From contig NC_086097.1 in assembly GCF_963921235.1 (NCBI RefSeq), positions 122,390,001 to 122,454,000 of the forward strand: DNA of 64,000 nucleotides, read 5' to 3'. This DNA is from Mobula hypostoma (taxonomy: Eukaryota). Positions 12,641 through 26,225 of the stretch are shown here, piece by piece. How positions within the stretch are numbered: position 1 is the first letter of the stretch; each line of letters opens with the position of its first letter. The notes beneath the pieces were generated by a model. The model was given only the letters and a program-made list of their open reading frames with translations, had not been told where the DNA came from and did no database searches. A program made the position numbers and the translations under genes.

Positions 12641-14914
12641 AATTCAAAGTAAATTTATTATTGAAGTATGTATATTTACTGTATACTACCCTGAGATTCA
12701 TTTTCTTGCAAACATTTACAGTAGAACAATAAAAAGAATCAATGAAAAATTACACACAAAGACAGATACACAATCAATATGCAAAAAAAGACTGTGCAAA
12801 TACAGAAATAGACAAATAATAATAAATAATACTGAGGATATAAATTGTAGAGTTCTTGAAAGTGAGTCCGTAGGTTGTTTGATGATTAATTCAGTGTTGA
12901 GGTGAGTGAAGTTATCCATGCTGGTTCAGGAGCCTGATGGTTGAATGGTAGTAACTATTCCCAAACCCAGTGTTGTGGGACCTAAGGTTCCTTTGACTCC
13001 TTCCAGAAGGCAGCAGTAAAAAGAGAGCATGGCCTGGGTGGTGGGGATCCTTGAAGTTGGATAGTGCTTTTCTCTGGTGGTACTCTGTGTAGATATTCTA
13101 AATGGTGGGGAGGGTTTTTCCTATGATGGAATGGGCTGTATCCACCATTTTCTGTAGGTTTTTCTGTTCGTAGGAATTGGTGTTTCTATACCAAGCCATG
13201 ATGCAACATTTGGATCCTCTTCACTGCGCACCAATTGCTCCTGAAGCCATGTCAACTATCTCTGATCAATCTCCACCTCCAAGCACAGATGAATCCTGCC
13301 CCTTGGAATGATTTCCATTTCTGATTACTATTTTACATAAGTCATACAAGGACTAAAAAGACAGCACATTGGCATTACTGGTGTGGTCTGTCTTGCTGTT
13401 TGACTAAGCGCTACATGGTCAAGGGAATAAAGTTGGTTGGATTCAGTCAGAGCCACACACTAAATAAAGTTACTAAATAAAGTTAGTGCACATGAAACTG
13501 AGGGTAATATAATGGCAGGGATTTATGTTTGATTAAAGAAAGGAGATAGACAGCAGGAAACGACAAGCTAGTTAACTTATTGTTTGTTTTAGGGAAAATA
13601 CAAGGAGTGATTATGTTATAACAGGGCATTTCAAATCAAACTACTAAATCAAATCAATGTGGATTTGTAAAAGGTGAATCATACTGGGCAGAACTATTGG
13701 TGTTTTCTGCAGTAATAAAAAATCCATTCAGTGGCCATTTTATTAAGTACACCTGTACAATTGCTTGTTAATGCAAATATCTAATCGGCCAATCATGTGG
13801 CAGCATTGCAGGAAGACACTTAAGACTATTGCTTTAGAAATTGACAAGCAATTCTTCCACTGATACTTCTGTTACGATAGTCCATACAAAAATGTAATAC
13901 GCATTGGTACTGCAGGCCCATTTAACCAAGCCATTGGGCAAAGGACATCCGGATTCTGCACCCTTGCAACTGGATGGAACAAAGGCAATAAAAACACTCA
14001 ATAGCCACTTTATTAGGTACCTCTGCATCTAATAGGCCACTGAGTGTATGTTCATGGTCTTCTGCTGCTGTAGACTATCCACTTCAAGTTTCAACATGTT
14101 GTGCATTCAAAGAGGAGTTATTAGGTAGGGCAACCAAAAACTAGACAAGCCAGGATTTGAAAAGAGTCCTCAATATAGACCAGGATTTCCAGAATATTAA
14201 ACCCGAGTTCAATTCCCGCCGCTGTCTACAAGGAGTTTGAACAATCTCCCCATGACCACATGGGCTTATTCCAGGTGTTCCAGTGTCCTCTCACCTTCCA
14301 AAGGTGTATGGGGTATTAGTCACAAGGGTAGAATAGGAAGGCTTGTAGGGCAGGACAGGGCAGTTACCATTATGTATCTGTAAGTAAAATAAGGAAACTT
14401 TCAAGATTGGGTTAGACCTAGAAAGAAGCAACAGAATAAGAAGATCTGGCCAGGCCAGGCCCCAAAAATATACACAACTCAGAGAGCAGGTCAGGCAAAG
14501 AAAGAAAAGAAAGATTAGTCTGCCACGAAGGGTTTGTATTGGGAGGGTCTGTCTAGTTTTCTACTGGTTTGCATGTAAACTCAATTTATTTGACAAAGGA
14601 ATGTTTGGACTTTTACCATGCACCCTTGAGCAAATTTACAAGGAGCGCTGCCATATGGAAGCAGCATCCATCATCAAGGGCCACACCATCCAGGCCATGC
14701 TCTCTTCTCACTGCTGCCAACAGGAAGGAGGTTCAGGAGCAGTTAATACCCTACAAGCATCAGACGCCTGACCAGACGTGGATAACTTCACTTAACTGAA
14801 CTCTGAGCTGGTTTCATAAACTATGGACTCACTTTCAGTGACTCTACAAATCATGTTATCAGTATTTTATTAAATGTGTTTTTTATTTGCACAAATTCTA
14901 CTTCTCATATTCAA

Positions 14915-15345
14915 CTAGTCTGTTGTTGCCAGTATAATCTGCTATGCAGTGGTGTGCTGGGGCAATAGCATCAACACAGATGATGCCAACAGGCTCAATA
15001 AACTGATTAGAAAGGCTGACTCTATTATAAGAGTCAAACTGGACACACTGGAGGCTGTGGTAGAACAAAGGACCCTACGGAAAATCCTGGCAATTCTAGA
15101 CAATGATTTTCACCCTCTGCACTCCATCTTGGCTGACCAGAGGAGCACTTTTCGCAATAGATGAAGACAACTGCACTGCTCCAAGGAGCGCTATATGAGG
15201 TCATTCTTAGCCTCAACCATTGGGCTCTATGGCTGGGGAAGTGATGGCCCCTTCCTGTTAGACTGTTTGAGGTAACTTAATTTTTATTCTTACTGTGACA
15301 CTGTAATTCCTTTGGGATCAATAAAGTATCTATCTCTCTATCTAT
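14915..15345 (+). mobile_element. Rex1/Babar-type LINE 3' fragment
   Basis: VCWG..DANRLNKLIRKA..HPLH; (TATC)n tail; same family as 53280-54015 and 62915-63925. Confidence 0.8.
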
Positions 15346-15499
15346 CTATCTTTTTGCGCATTGGTTGTTTGTCAGTGTTTATTTATGTATGGTTGTTCAT
15401 TATTTCAATTGTATTTCTTTATTTTCTTATAAATGCCTGCAGGAAAATGAATCTAACGGTAACGTATACATACTTTGATAATAAACTTACTTTGATTTT

Positions 15500-16400
15500 G
15501 ATCAAGCCTATTCTCTGCAACGGAGTCCAGTGTTGTTGACTCAGTTCTCAACCCTTGTGAATGTCTCCAGTCCAAAAGCTCAACCATTCCTTAAAGTGCA
15601 CTTTCCATTAGATTCTAACAATCTTGTTTTAGATATATTGTACCTCATTCTGCTGTTCCCTGTCCAGGGAAAGCAACTACAATTCATTCCTTCTTCCTCT
15701 ATTCTTAATGCAAACATTCCTCTTACTAAAGGAATAGACTTGCATCATTTTATGTTCCTAAACCCTGCTATGTTAAGCAAGTACAAAATATGCAGCTGCA
15801 GAAACATGTTGATTTTAGCAAATAAAGAATATTCTGCAAAGTCCTGCATATGAGGTGTGTGTTTGTAGTCAATATTATTGCCTGAAAATTACAGCACACA
15901 AGTTTGCTGTTCAACGAGTGTGCGGTGAAGTGCATCATCTTGATGGCATGAGACCCAACACCTCATCACCATCCCTTGCTTCAAAACTATTTTTTTTTCA
16001 TTCCTGTTATTTCCATTTTCTTCAACTGCCTTATCTTCTCTTGCCAAGAACATTACTCCAAAATACTAACTCAGGATGAGAAAATTTGTCCAGAAATTTA
16101 TGCACTCAAGTCCAACTTTTATTAAATGGGCACTCACATACCAAAGGACTACGTTATGCAGATGACACCTCCAGTGAAACCGTTCCCTTCAAAAAAGTGG
16201 ACCCAAGCATTTATATTCACAATTTATCTGTGTGTGCCCAATGTTTTTCTTAAGTCAGTCACACACTTAACAGAAGCATCAGTGACACAGCTCAGATTTC
16301 TTCTTTGCTGAGATCATGTAGAATTTTTAGATACAGTCTATCACTCACAGATTTTCAATTCTACCATTTCAAGACCATATTGAACTTTCAATGTCTTTGT
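15500..16400 (+). pseudogene. Decayed intronless coding relic of unknown origin (candidate viral)
   Basis: Three near-consecutive plus-strand ORFs (15530-15853, 15855-16079, 16126-16311) tile a non-repeat island. Confidence 0.4.
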
Positions 16401-17569
16401 CACAGGGTCTTTTGGCACCAGAAGTGCGTTGACACTAGCCAAGCAGCAAGGACATTACTTGATGCAAATACTGTATTTCACCGTATGTTTCGACGTACAT
16501 GTGACAAATAAAGCCAGTTTTTATCTTTAATGTTACCACCTGCCTAGCTCTTTGTATGGTGACCTTTGTGTCTCTCTTGTTCCTTGTGGGACACACATCC
16601 TGCCTCTTGGTGTTCACCTTTGTGATGGGAATGCTAGATCTCCCCACTATGTCCATGGAAACTGCAGTATCTAAATTCTAAAGGGAGTATACCTTTAAGG
16701 TTTATCAAAGTTCTTTGCTTAGTAAGATATGAGAAGCTGTGCTAAACTGAGCCCAGTCCAATCAGGAATGGCACAGATTGCAACTTCACACAAGAAACTG
16801 GTGTAAGCCGCCCTAGTGTTAATCCTAATGTTTTTTTTTGGCCAATTTGTTTATCACTTGCAGGGAAATTGTACTACCAGTTAGCACCATACACAACATA
16901 TGTTCAGAGCACTGAAGATACAATCCAGTTTTCAGGCCAAGATTTCCCTGGTTTCTTCACTAATGTTTTACATTTGATTCACCATTTATGCCTCTTCACA
17001 CTTTGGCTGTTAACTATGGAGTGAGTGAAGAGGCATAGATGGTAAATCGCTCCCCACTCTCTCCCAGCCCATATCGTTTTAACAGTAAGTTCCACTGAAA
17101 CGTCCCAAAATCACAAACAAAAATCAGAAAATCCTGGAAATACACCTCAGGCAAGTTAATCTAAGGTCAGACACAGCAGAGTTGCCAGGAGTGGAAGGAA
17201 TTAGCTAGGAAGAAATATTGAAGAAGCAACGGCTATTTTCTTTGAAAAGAGATTGGAGGGGAGATTTAACAGAGGTAAATAAATAAAATGAACCTATTTT
17301 CATTCACTGAGGGGTCAAAGACAGGGAGTGTAGATTAACGATTAGTTTTATTTGTCATATGTACATTGAAACATGCAGTGAAATGTATGTTCAAACCAAA
17401 TCAGCAAGAATTGTGCTGGGCAGCCCACAAGTCTCATCATGCTTCCAATGGCAACATAACATGCCCACAACTCACTAACACTAACTGTTCACCTTTGATG
17501 TGAGGGAGGAAACCAAAGCAGATGGAAGAAATTCCATGCAGTCTTGCTGGAATATGGAAAAGGAAGGAG

Positions 17570-17912
17570 GGAACCTACTGAATATTGAAAGGTCTACATA
17601 ATGTGGAGAGGATGTTTCCTGCAGTGGGTGAGTCTAGGACCAGAGGGCACAGCCTCACAATAGAGGGATGTCAATTTAGAACAGAGAGGGGGAGGAATTT
17701 CTTGAGTGAATTTGTGGAATTTTATTGCCACAGATGGCTGTGGAGACCAAGTGATTGGGGACATTAGAAGCGGAGGTTGATAGGTTCTTGATTAGTGGTG
17801 GCATTAAAGGTTATGGGGAGAAGGAGAGAATGAGGTCGAGAAGGTTATTAAATCAGCAATGATCAAATAGTCCAGCAGACTTGAGGGACTGAATGGCCTA
17901 ATTCTGCTCCTG
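17570..17912 (+). mobile_element. CR1 3' fragment
   Basis: GESRTRGHSL segment and aatggcctaattctgctcct 3' end. Confidence 0.85.
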
Positions 17913-18889
17913 TGGATAATGGTCCTGCTGGGGGAATGAAGAGACTAAATGATAGAAGGTTGATGGAAGATGGAAAAAAGGAATGGTCAAGTCAAGGTTA
18001 TTGTTATGTAACTATATACATGTATATAACATTTAGCTATATAACGTATATGGAAATGAGACAACGTTTTTTCAACCCAGGGTGTAAAACACAGTAGTAC
18101 ACATAACACGCAATAACTTAGGAGGGATAATTTATGAATGGTGATGGGACAAGAAACAAAAAGATGTAAGCATGAGCCATAAATGCCAAGAGCAGAGACA
18201 TTACTTGAACACAAAGACAGAACAATCTGGTTAAGTACTGCCCAATCTTCTCGTGGTCAATGTGATGAAAACTGTTTTGATCGTGTTATGAAGAACCCTA
18301 ACCAATAACCCTCATGGGTTTCATCAAGACTACTCCACTGCAGATCTCAGATTCAGATGGGATTTACTGATCACATGTACATCAAAACAAAAAAGTCAAA
18401 TACGCCATTTGCGTTAGCAACCAGCACACCCAAGGAGACATGTTCTGGCTGTGAGGATTTGAAAATTTTCTCCATGAATTGCACCAATATGTTCTCAGGA
18501 AGATGAAATTTTACCAGCTGCTGCAAGAACTACATCCTCTGCAAAATCTTTATGTTAATGAAGGAGATATGATTCTCCTACATGAGGTCCTGTGAAATAA
18601 AGATGCCCAGGAACGTGAATGGTGAAACACTGCTAACTATAGAGGTGTTGCTGATCAGTGGGTGAAGAGGAGACACATTTCTCCTGGTAATGAGCCCAAA
18701 GTTCTTCCCAATCACAAACACAAAAATCTCAATCACCGATCCAGAGTACGACTAAAGGGAACAATGCACTGAGGTGTTCTTGTTGGATGAAATATTAAGC
18801 ATATTTATCCATCACACCCATATCCTCTCTCATCCCTTTCAGAATAACACAGATCCCAAGTTACTTGTCTGAAAAATAGGGAAAAAAAG

Positions 18890-21800
18890 AGTCATACAGC
18901 ACAAAAACAGGCCCTTCGACCCATCTAGTCCATGTCAAACCATTTAAACTGCCTAATCCTATTGACCAGTACTTGGAACATTGCTCTCCCATCCATGCAC
19001 CTATCTAAACTGCTCTTAAATGTTGAAATCACCGCTTTCGTGCACTGCTTGTGCTATCTATACTCCTCATAATTTTGTATACCTCGATCAAATTTCCGCT
19101 CAGTCTTCTGCATTCCAAGGAATAAGGTCCTAACCTATTCAATCTGTCCTTATAACTCAAGTTCTGTAGTCCTGACAACATCCTTGTAAATTTTCTCTGT
19201 ATTCTTTCAACTTTATTTACAACTTTCCTGTAGGTAGATGACAAAACTGCACACAGTCCTCCAAATTAGGACTCACCAATTACAACATAACATCCCTTCT
19301 CCTGTACTCAGTACTTTGATTTGAAGACCAATGTGCCAATAGCTTTCCTTATGACCCTATCTATCTGTGACACCACTTTCAATGAATTATGGACCTGTAA
19401 TCCCTGATCCCTTTGCTGTACCACATTCCTCAGTGCCCTACCATTCACTGTGTAAGACCTACCCTGGTTGGTCCTACCAAAGCGCAACACCTCATACTGG
19501 TCTGCATTAAATTGCATCTGACATTTTTGCAGCCCATTTTCCAGCTGATCCAGATCCTGCTGCAAGCTCTGAGAGTCTTCCTCACTGTCCACTACAGCCC
19601 CAGTCTTAGCGACATCCACAAATTTGCTGATCCAGTTACCACATTATCACCCAGATCATTGACATAGATGACAAACAACAATGGACCCGGCACCAATCCC
19701 TACAGCACTCCACCAGTCACAGGCCTCCGGGCAGAAAGTCAACCTTCTACTACCACACTGTGGCTTCTCCTACAAAGCCAATATCTAATCCGATATACTA
19801 CCTCATCTTTAATGCCAAGCAACTGAGCCTTTTTGACCAACATCCCATGTGGGACCTTGTCAAATTCCTTGCTAAAATCCATGTAGACAACACATTGGCT
19901 TGCCTTCATCAACTTTCCTGGTAACTTCCTTGAAAATCTCATTAAGATTGGTTAGACATGACCTGCCACACACAAAGCCATGCTGACTATCCCTAATCAA
20001 TTCGTGTCTGTTGAAATACTCACATATCCAGTCACTTAGAATACCTTCCAACAACTTTCTCACTATTGATATTAGGTTCACCTTCCTATGATTTTTAGAA
20101 CCCTTCTGATACAGCAAAACGACATTAGCTATCCCCCAATCCTCTGGTGCCTCACCTATCAGTAAGGATTATTTAATATCTCTGCTAGGGTCCCTGCATT
20201 TTCTGTTCTTGCTTCCCATACGGTCTGAACGACCACCTTGTCAAGTCCTAGGGATTTATCCACCCTAATTTACTGCAAGACACCAAACACCTCCTCTGTA
20301 ACTTGTATAGGGTCCATGACTTTGCTGCTGCTTTTCCTCACTTCTATAGATCCTGTGTCCATCTCCTGAGTAAATACAAATGCAAAAAAAAAAATCCATT
20401 TATGATCTCCCCCATCCCTTATGGCTCCACACATAGATTACCATTATGATCTTCCAGAGATCAATTTTATCCCTTGCAATCCTTTTGCTCTTAACATATC
20501 TATAGAATTCCTTAGGATTTTCCTTCACCTTGCCTGTCAAGGCAACCTCATGCCTTCTTTTAGCTTTCCTAGTTTCTTTCTTAAGTGTTCTCTTGCACTT
20601 TGTATTGTCCATAAGCATCTCATTTGTTCCTACCTGTCTATACCAGCTATTCACCTCCTTTTTTCCCTTAACTAGGGCCTTAATATCTCTTGAAAGTCAA
20701 GGTTCCCTGAACCTATTATCTTTACTTTTTATTCTGACAGGCATGTACAAGCTTTGTACTCTCAAAACTTCACTTTTGAAGGCTTCCCACTTACCAAGTA
20801 CACTTTTCTCAGAAAACAGCCTGTCCTAATCCACACTTTCCAGACCCTTTCTGATACCATCAAAATTGGCCTTTCTCCAATTTAGAATCTTAACCTGCAG
20901 ACTAAACCTATCTTTTTTCTATATTTACATTGAACCTACTGGCATTATGATCACTAGATGCAAAGTGTTCTCCTACACAAATTTCTGTGACCTGCCTTGT
21001 CTCGTTCCCTAACAGGAGATCAAGTATTGCAAACTCTCTCATTGGGACATCTATATACTTAATATTAAGGAAACTTTCTTGAACACATTTGACAAACTCT
21101 ATCCCATCTAGTTCTTTTACAGTATGAGAGTCCCAGTCAATACGTGGAAAGTCTGCGATCTCTCTACAGATTTGTTCCTCTAAATCTCATGTACTGTTGC
21201 GTGTTCTCTAATATAGCCCCATTAACATGGTCATACCTTTCTTATTCCTCAGTTCCTCCTATAAAGCCTCACTAGATGAGTTCTTCAGTCTGTTCTGACT
21301 AAGCACTACCACGACTTCTTCCCTGATTAAAACACCACCCCTCCCCCTTTAATCCTTCCCACTCTGTCATGTCTAAAAGAGGTACTGCCCTTTAACTTAG
21401 CACCTAACTCCCTGAACACACTATGCAGAAACTCGTCACTCGTCCTACTCATATCATTAGTGCCTACATGGACAACAACCTCTGACTGCTCACCTTCCTA
21501 TGTAACACTACCGAGGACTTGATCCGAGATGTCCCAGACCCTAGCCCACAGGAGGCAATATACCATCAAGGAATCCTGTTCTTGTCCACAGAACCTCCTT
21601 TCTGTCCCCCTAATTAATGATTCACCTATTACCACAGCTCGCCTCTTTTTGTCCCTTCCCTTCTGAGTCACAGAGCCAGACTCAATGCCAGAAACGTGAC
21701 CACTGTAACTTTCCTCTACGAGATCATCCCCCCCCCACCCAACCGTATCTAAAGTGGAATAACTGTTGTTTAGGGGGATAGCCACAGGGGTACTCTGCAT

Positions 21801-21950
21801 GTGCTTTTTAACCCCTTTCTCTTTCCTACTTGTCACCCAGTCTCCTGTGTCCTGTACCTTGGGTGTAACTACCTTTCTCATTCTCCCGAATGATCTGGAG
21901 TTCATCTAGTTCTGGCTCCAATGACTGAATGTGGAGTCTTAGAAGCTGCA
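18890..21950 (-). mobile_element. Degraded near-full-length CR1 (ORF1 remnant to 3' end)
   Basis: Minus-strand ORFs with DFSKEFDKVPH, DSQHGF, FYRYVKSKR and ORF1-like RAVVIGESLIRGT. Confidence 0.85.
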
Positions 21951-22389
21951 TTTCTGTCCTGGGAAAAAGTCTCTTGGTATCCACTTGATCTATGCCTCTA
22001 ATCATCTTGTGTTGGTTGTCCGTCATTTCCAATCTTGACTTAAGCCTGTGCGGGAGGAGGTTTACTGTTGAAAAGCCGTTGCACTGGGGCAGTTCCACTC
22101 TCTCAGCCTCAAAAATCTTGGTCCAATGATATGAAAAATTGTCACGACTGGAGAATTCCTCTGCTGCAGAGGATTGCCATGACGCATTCTGTGCCTTGTC
22201 ATGCTCTTCGCTCTCCGTGAAGCGTTGCAGCCCTGCCTTCTTGGCCATTGGATCCTGTAGTTGATCACATCAGCCCAGTCCTCCCAATCTGGCTTCGCAT
22301 GCTGAGGTAGGCATATCCCTATCTCACCGGGGCTGAAGTTCCTCGCTACCCTCACCTGGTTTATCATCTTGTACACCTCTATGTTTGTG

Positions 22390-23140
22390 GTTGGGGTGAC
22401 TTGGGGCCCCAATGATCCTTCAGACCCTCTTTACGCACCTGTCTCTGTAAATGTCCTGAATCGTGGGAAGTTCACATCTACTGATGCGCTGGGCTGTCCG
22501 CACCACTCTCTGCAGAGTCCCGCGATTGAGGGAAGTACAGTACCCATACCAGGCAGTGATGCAGCCAGTCAAGATGCTGTCAATTGTGCCCCTGTAGAAA
22601 GTCCTTAGGATCTGGGGACTCATGCCAACTTCTTCAAATGTCTGAGGCAAAAGAGGCACTGTTGTGCTTTTTTCACCACACAGCCAGCATGTACAGATCA
22701 CGTGAAATCCTCAGTGACGTGTATGCCAAGGGACTTAAAGCTATTCACCCTCTCAACCCCAGATCTATTGATGTCAATAGGGGTTAGCCTGTCTCCATTC
22801 CTCCTGTAATCCACAACCAGCTCCTTTGTTTTTGCGACATTGAGAGAAAGGTTTTCTTGACACCACTGTGTCAGGGTGATGACTTCTTCTCTGCAGGCTG
22901 CCTCACTATTCTTTGAGATGAGCCCAATCGATGTAGTATCATCTACACATGCAATTAGCAGAATGGAGCTGTGGGTGGCGACACAGTCATGGGTATACAG
23001 AGAGTAAAGGAGGGGGCTTAGAGCACAGCCCTGGAAGGCACCTGTGTTGAGGGTCTGAGGGGCAGAGGTGAGGGAGCCCACTCTTACCACCTGCTGGCTA
23101 CCTGACGGGAGGTCCAGGAACCAGCTACACAAGGCAGGGT
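22390..23140 (-). mobile_element. Rex1/Babar-type RT fragment
   Basis: ORFs 22698-23153 (QGCALSPLLYSLYTHD, LNVAKTKELVVD) and 22420-22701 (SILTGCITAWYG). Confidence 0.85.
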
Positions 23141-24271
23141 GATTACCCTTCAACCATCAGGCTCCTGAACCAGCGTGGATAACTTCCCTCACCTCGGCTC
23201 TGGGCTAATTCCACAACCTTTAGACACACTTTCAAGGATTCAATATTATTTATTTATTTGTTTGTTTAGTCATTCATCTGTTCACTCATTCTTTCATTTA
23301 TTTGGTATTTATACCATTGGTCTCCTTTTGAGCACCGGCTGTTTGCTTATCCCTATGCACAGTTTTTAATTTATTTATTTTGTGATACAGCATGGAGTGG
23401 GTCCTTCAATCCTTCGGGCCACGCCACTCCAGCAACGCTGACCCCAAGAACAGACTGGTTCGAGATAACAGGAAGGCAACAGTAACTCAAATAACCACAT
23501 GTTACAACAGTGGTGTGCGGAAGTGCAGCTCTGAATACACAACATGTTGGACTTTGAAGTGGATACAGCAGAAGACCCTGAACATAAACTCAGTACCCAC
23601 TCCACTAGGTACAGGAGGTATCGAATAAAGTGAGCACCGAGTGTAATACTTCAATGCTGCTTACTTCTCAACAAATTGCAATTCTTTCACGGCTGAAATG
23701 GAAAGTTTTTTCATATCTTAAAACTTAATTAAGATATCCCTACATGGCTAATTCAATGCAGTGAAAGCAACACATGCCAGTGATTGATTCTAGTGCTCCC
23801 CCCATCTTCTTTTCATTAGAAGATTTTCATAAAAGAAACATGAAAAATGTCTAAAGCTACATTGATCAAGTCCATTTACAGCTACATTTCCCTAACATTG
23901 GGTATAAGGTTATTGCTAAATCATCTCTTTAGCAGTAAGCACTTGTGAATGCATTGATCATTAAAACCCCAAAATCAGATTTTCCAGCTCAAATGACCAC
24001 ATTTAAGGTGTACAATAATCCACTATAATGTGAGGCATCATTAGATTAGAGCACAAGAAGAGTTTTTTTTAAATTTAATTTGATAGATCATTTCTTTCAA
24101 ACTGTCAGGAAATGATAGTATCAATTCTGGCTCCAATGAAGGCTGTACATAGTATTGATGAATGAGATGTGGACAACCCAGAATATAGCTATTGCCCATG
24201 GGGATCACACTGGAGCCAAGTAGAGGCCTCATTTTTAATGTGAGACACAGTCTTCTTGTCAAACTTTTTTT

Positions 24272-24273
<2 letters not shown>

Positions 24274-24319
<46 letters not shown>
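24274..24319. repeat. (GT)n microsatellite
   Basis: Perfect dinucleotide run. Confidence 0.99.
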
Positions 24320-24321
<2 letters not shown>

Positions 24322-25154
24322 CAGCTGGAAAAACAGCAACGACACTTTACCTTCAAATCAGAATCAGCTGAAATGCAATTTGAAATGTAAACAGATTTTG
24401 CCAATTTGCCAGAAGTGCTAAGAGGAGTCATTCTACATCTACAAAGAGGGGACCAGATACAGTTTTATGCTGATGTTATCTTTTATCAAAGCCGGAAGAA
24501 TTTAGACACCAGTAAATGAAACTTGTTGCAGGCTCGAACAAAGAGGAGAGGTCTTTGACTGTGCATTTGATCAGCACCTCTCTTTACGCAAAATATTGGA
24601 AGGCACAAAGTATGTGATAAGCAGCAGCAAAGTACAAAATCAAAAGGCTATTTTCTAAATGGGGAGAAAATTCAGAAATCAAAGAAGTAAAGGGACTTGG
24701 AAATCCTGGAGCAAATCCGAGGTTATGTCAATGGTAAGGAAGGCAAGTGCAATGTTTGCACTCATTTCCAGGGACTGGAATAAAAAAGCAAAGATGTGAT
24801 TCTGAGGCCTTATAAGGCAATGGTCAGACCACACCTGGAGTATTGTGAGCAGTTTTAGGATCCTTATCAAACAAAGCATGTGCCGGCATTGGAGATGGTC
24901 CAAATGAAATTCATGAAATGATTCTAGGAATGAAAGGCTTAACATGTGAGGAGCATTTGATGACTCTGAGCCTGTACTCACCGGAATTTAGAAGAATATG
25001 GAGGGATCTCATTGAAACCTATTGATTATAGAAATGCCTCAATAGAGTGGGCATGGGGAAAATCTTTCCAATCAAAGTGGATACAAGTACTTCACTTTAG
25101 AACAGAGATAATGGGTGGCGAATTTGTGGAATTCATTGGAACCGATGGCCATAG

Positions 25155-26135
25155 AGGCCAAGTCTTTGGGTATAATTAATGATTTAGATAAGGGAATTAA
25201 AAGTAACATTAGCAAATCTGTCGATGACACAAAGCTGGGAGGCAGTGTGAAATGTGAGGAGGATGTTATGAGAATGCAGGGTAACTTGGACAGGCTGGGT
25301 GAGTGGGCAGATGCAGTTTAATGTGGAAAAGTGTGAGGTTATCGACTTTGGTGGTAAGACCAGGAAGGCAGATTATTATCTAAATGGAGTCAAGTTATGA
25401 AAAGGGGAAGCACAACGAGATCTAGGTGTTCTTGTACATCAGTCACTGAAAACAAGCATGCAAGTACAGCAGGCAGTGAAAAAAGCTAATGGCATGCTGG
25501 CCTTCATAACAAGGGGAACTGAGTATAGGAGCAAACCTTCTGCAGCTGTGCAGGGCCCTGGTGAGACCACACCTGGAGTACTGTGTGCAGTTTTGGTCTC
25601 CAAGTTTGAAGAAGGACATTCTTGCTATTGAGGGAGTGCAGCATAGATTCACAAAGTTAATTCCCGGGATGGCGGGACTGTCATATGTTGAAAGATTCGA
25701 GCGACTGGGCTTGTATACTCTGGAATTTAGAAGGCTGAGAGGATCTTATTGAAACTTATAGGATTATTAAGGAATTGGACACGCTGCAGGCAGGAAGCAT
25801 GTTCCCACTGATGGGTGAGTCCAGAACCAGAGGCCACAGTTTAAGAATTAGGGGTAGGCCATTTAGAACGGAGTTGAGGAAAAACTTTTTCACCCAGAGC
25901 GTGGTGGATATATGGAATGCTCTGCCCCAGAAGGCTGTGGAGGCCAAGTCTCTGGATGCTTTCAAAAAAGAGATGGATAGAGCTCTTAAAGATAGTGGAA
26001 TCAAAGGTTATGGGGATAAGGCAGGAACTGGATACTGACAGTGGATGATCAGCCATGATCACAGTGAATGGCGGTGCTGGCTCGAAGGGCTGAATGGCCT
26101 ACTCCTGCACCTATTGTCTATTGTCTATTGTCTAT
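25155..26135 (+). mobile_element. CR1 3' fragment nested in an older CR1 (about 24625-26225)
   Basis: SKSVDDTKLGG and RPHLEYCVQFWSP; (CTATTGT)n tail; the older CR1 3' sequence resumes after it. Confidence 0.85.
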
Positions 26136-26225
26136 ATTGATAACAGTGTTTGCTAGGTTATTAAGTAGTAAGGGTGTCAATGGTTAGAGTGCAAAGGCAG
26201 GAGAATGGCAATGAATGGGGTAATA

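Noticed and set aside
13922..13969. Possible minus-strand terminal exon LQGCRIRMSFAQWLG* resembling an RRM end
   Set aside because: No connecting exon with RNP1 was found; the island is bracketed by Tc1-like pieces and also reads as a plus-strand relic.
24321..24340. AAGKT as a helicase Walker A
   Set aside because: It abuts a microsatellite, lacks the first Gly, and no DExH motif follows.
24351..24438. Possible minus-strand exon (ag..gt) encoding KLAKSVYISN, RNP2-like
   Set aside because: No phase-compatible neighbouring exons; splice dinucleotides alone are weak evidence.
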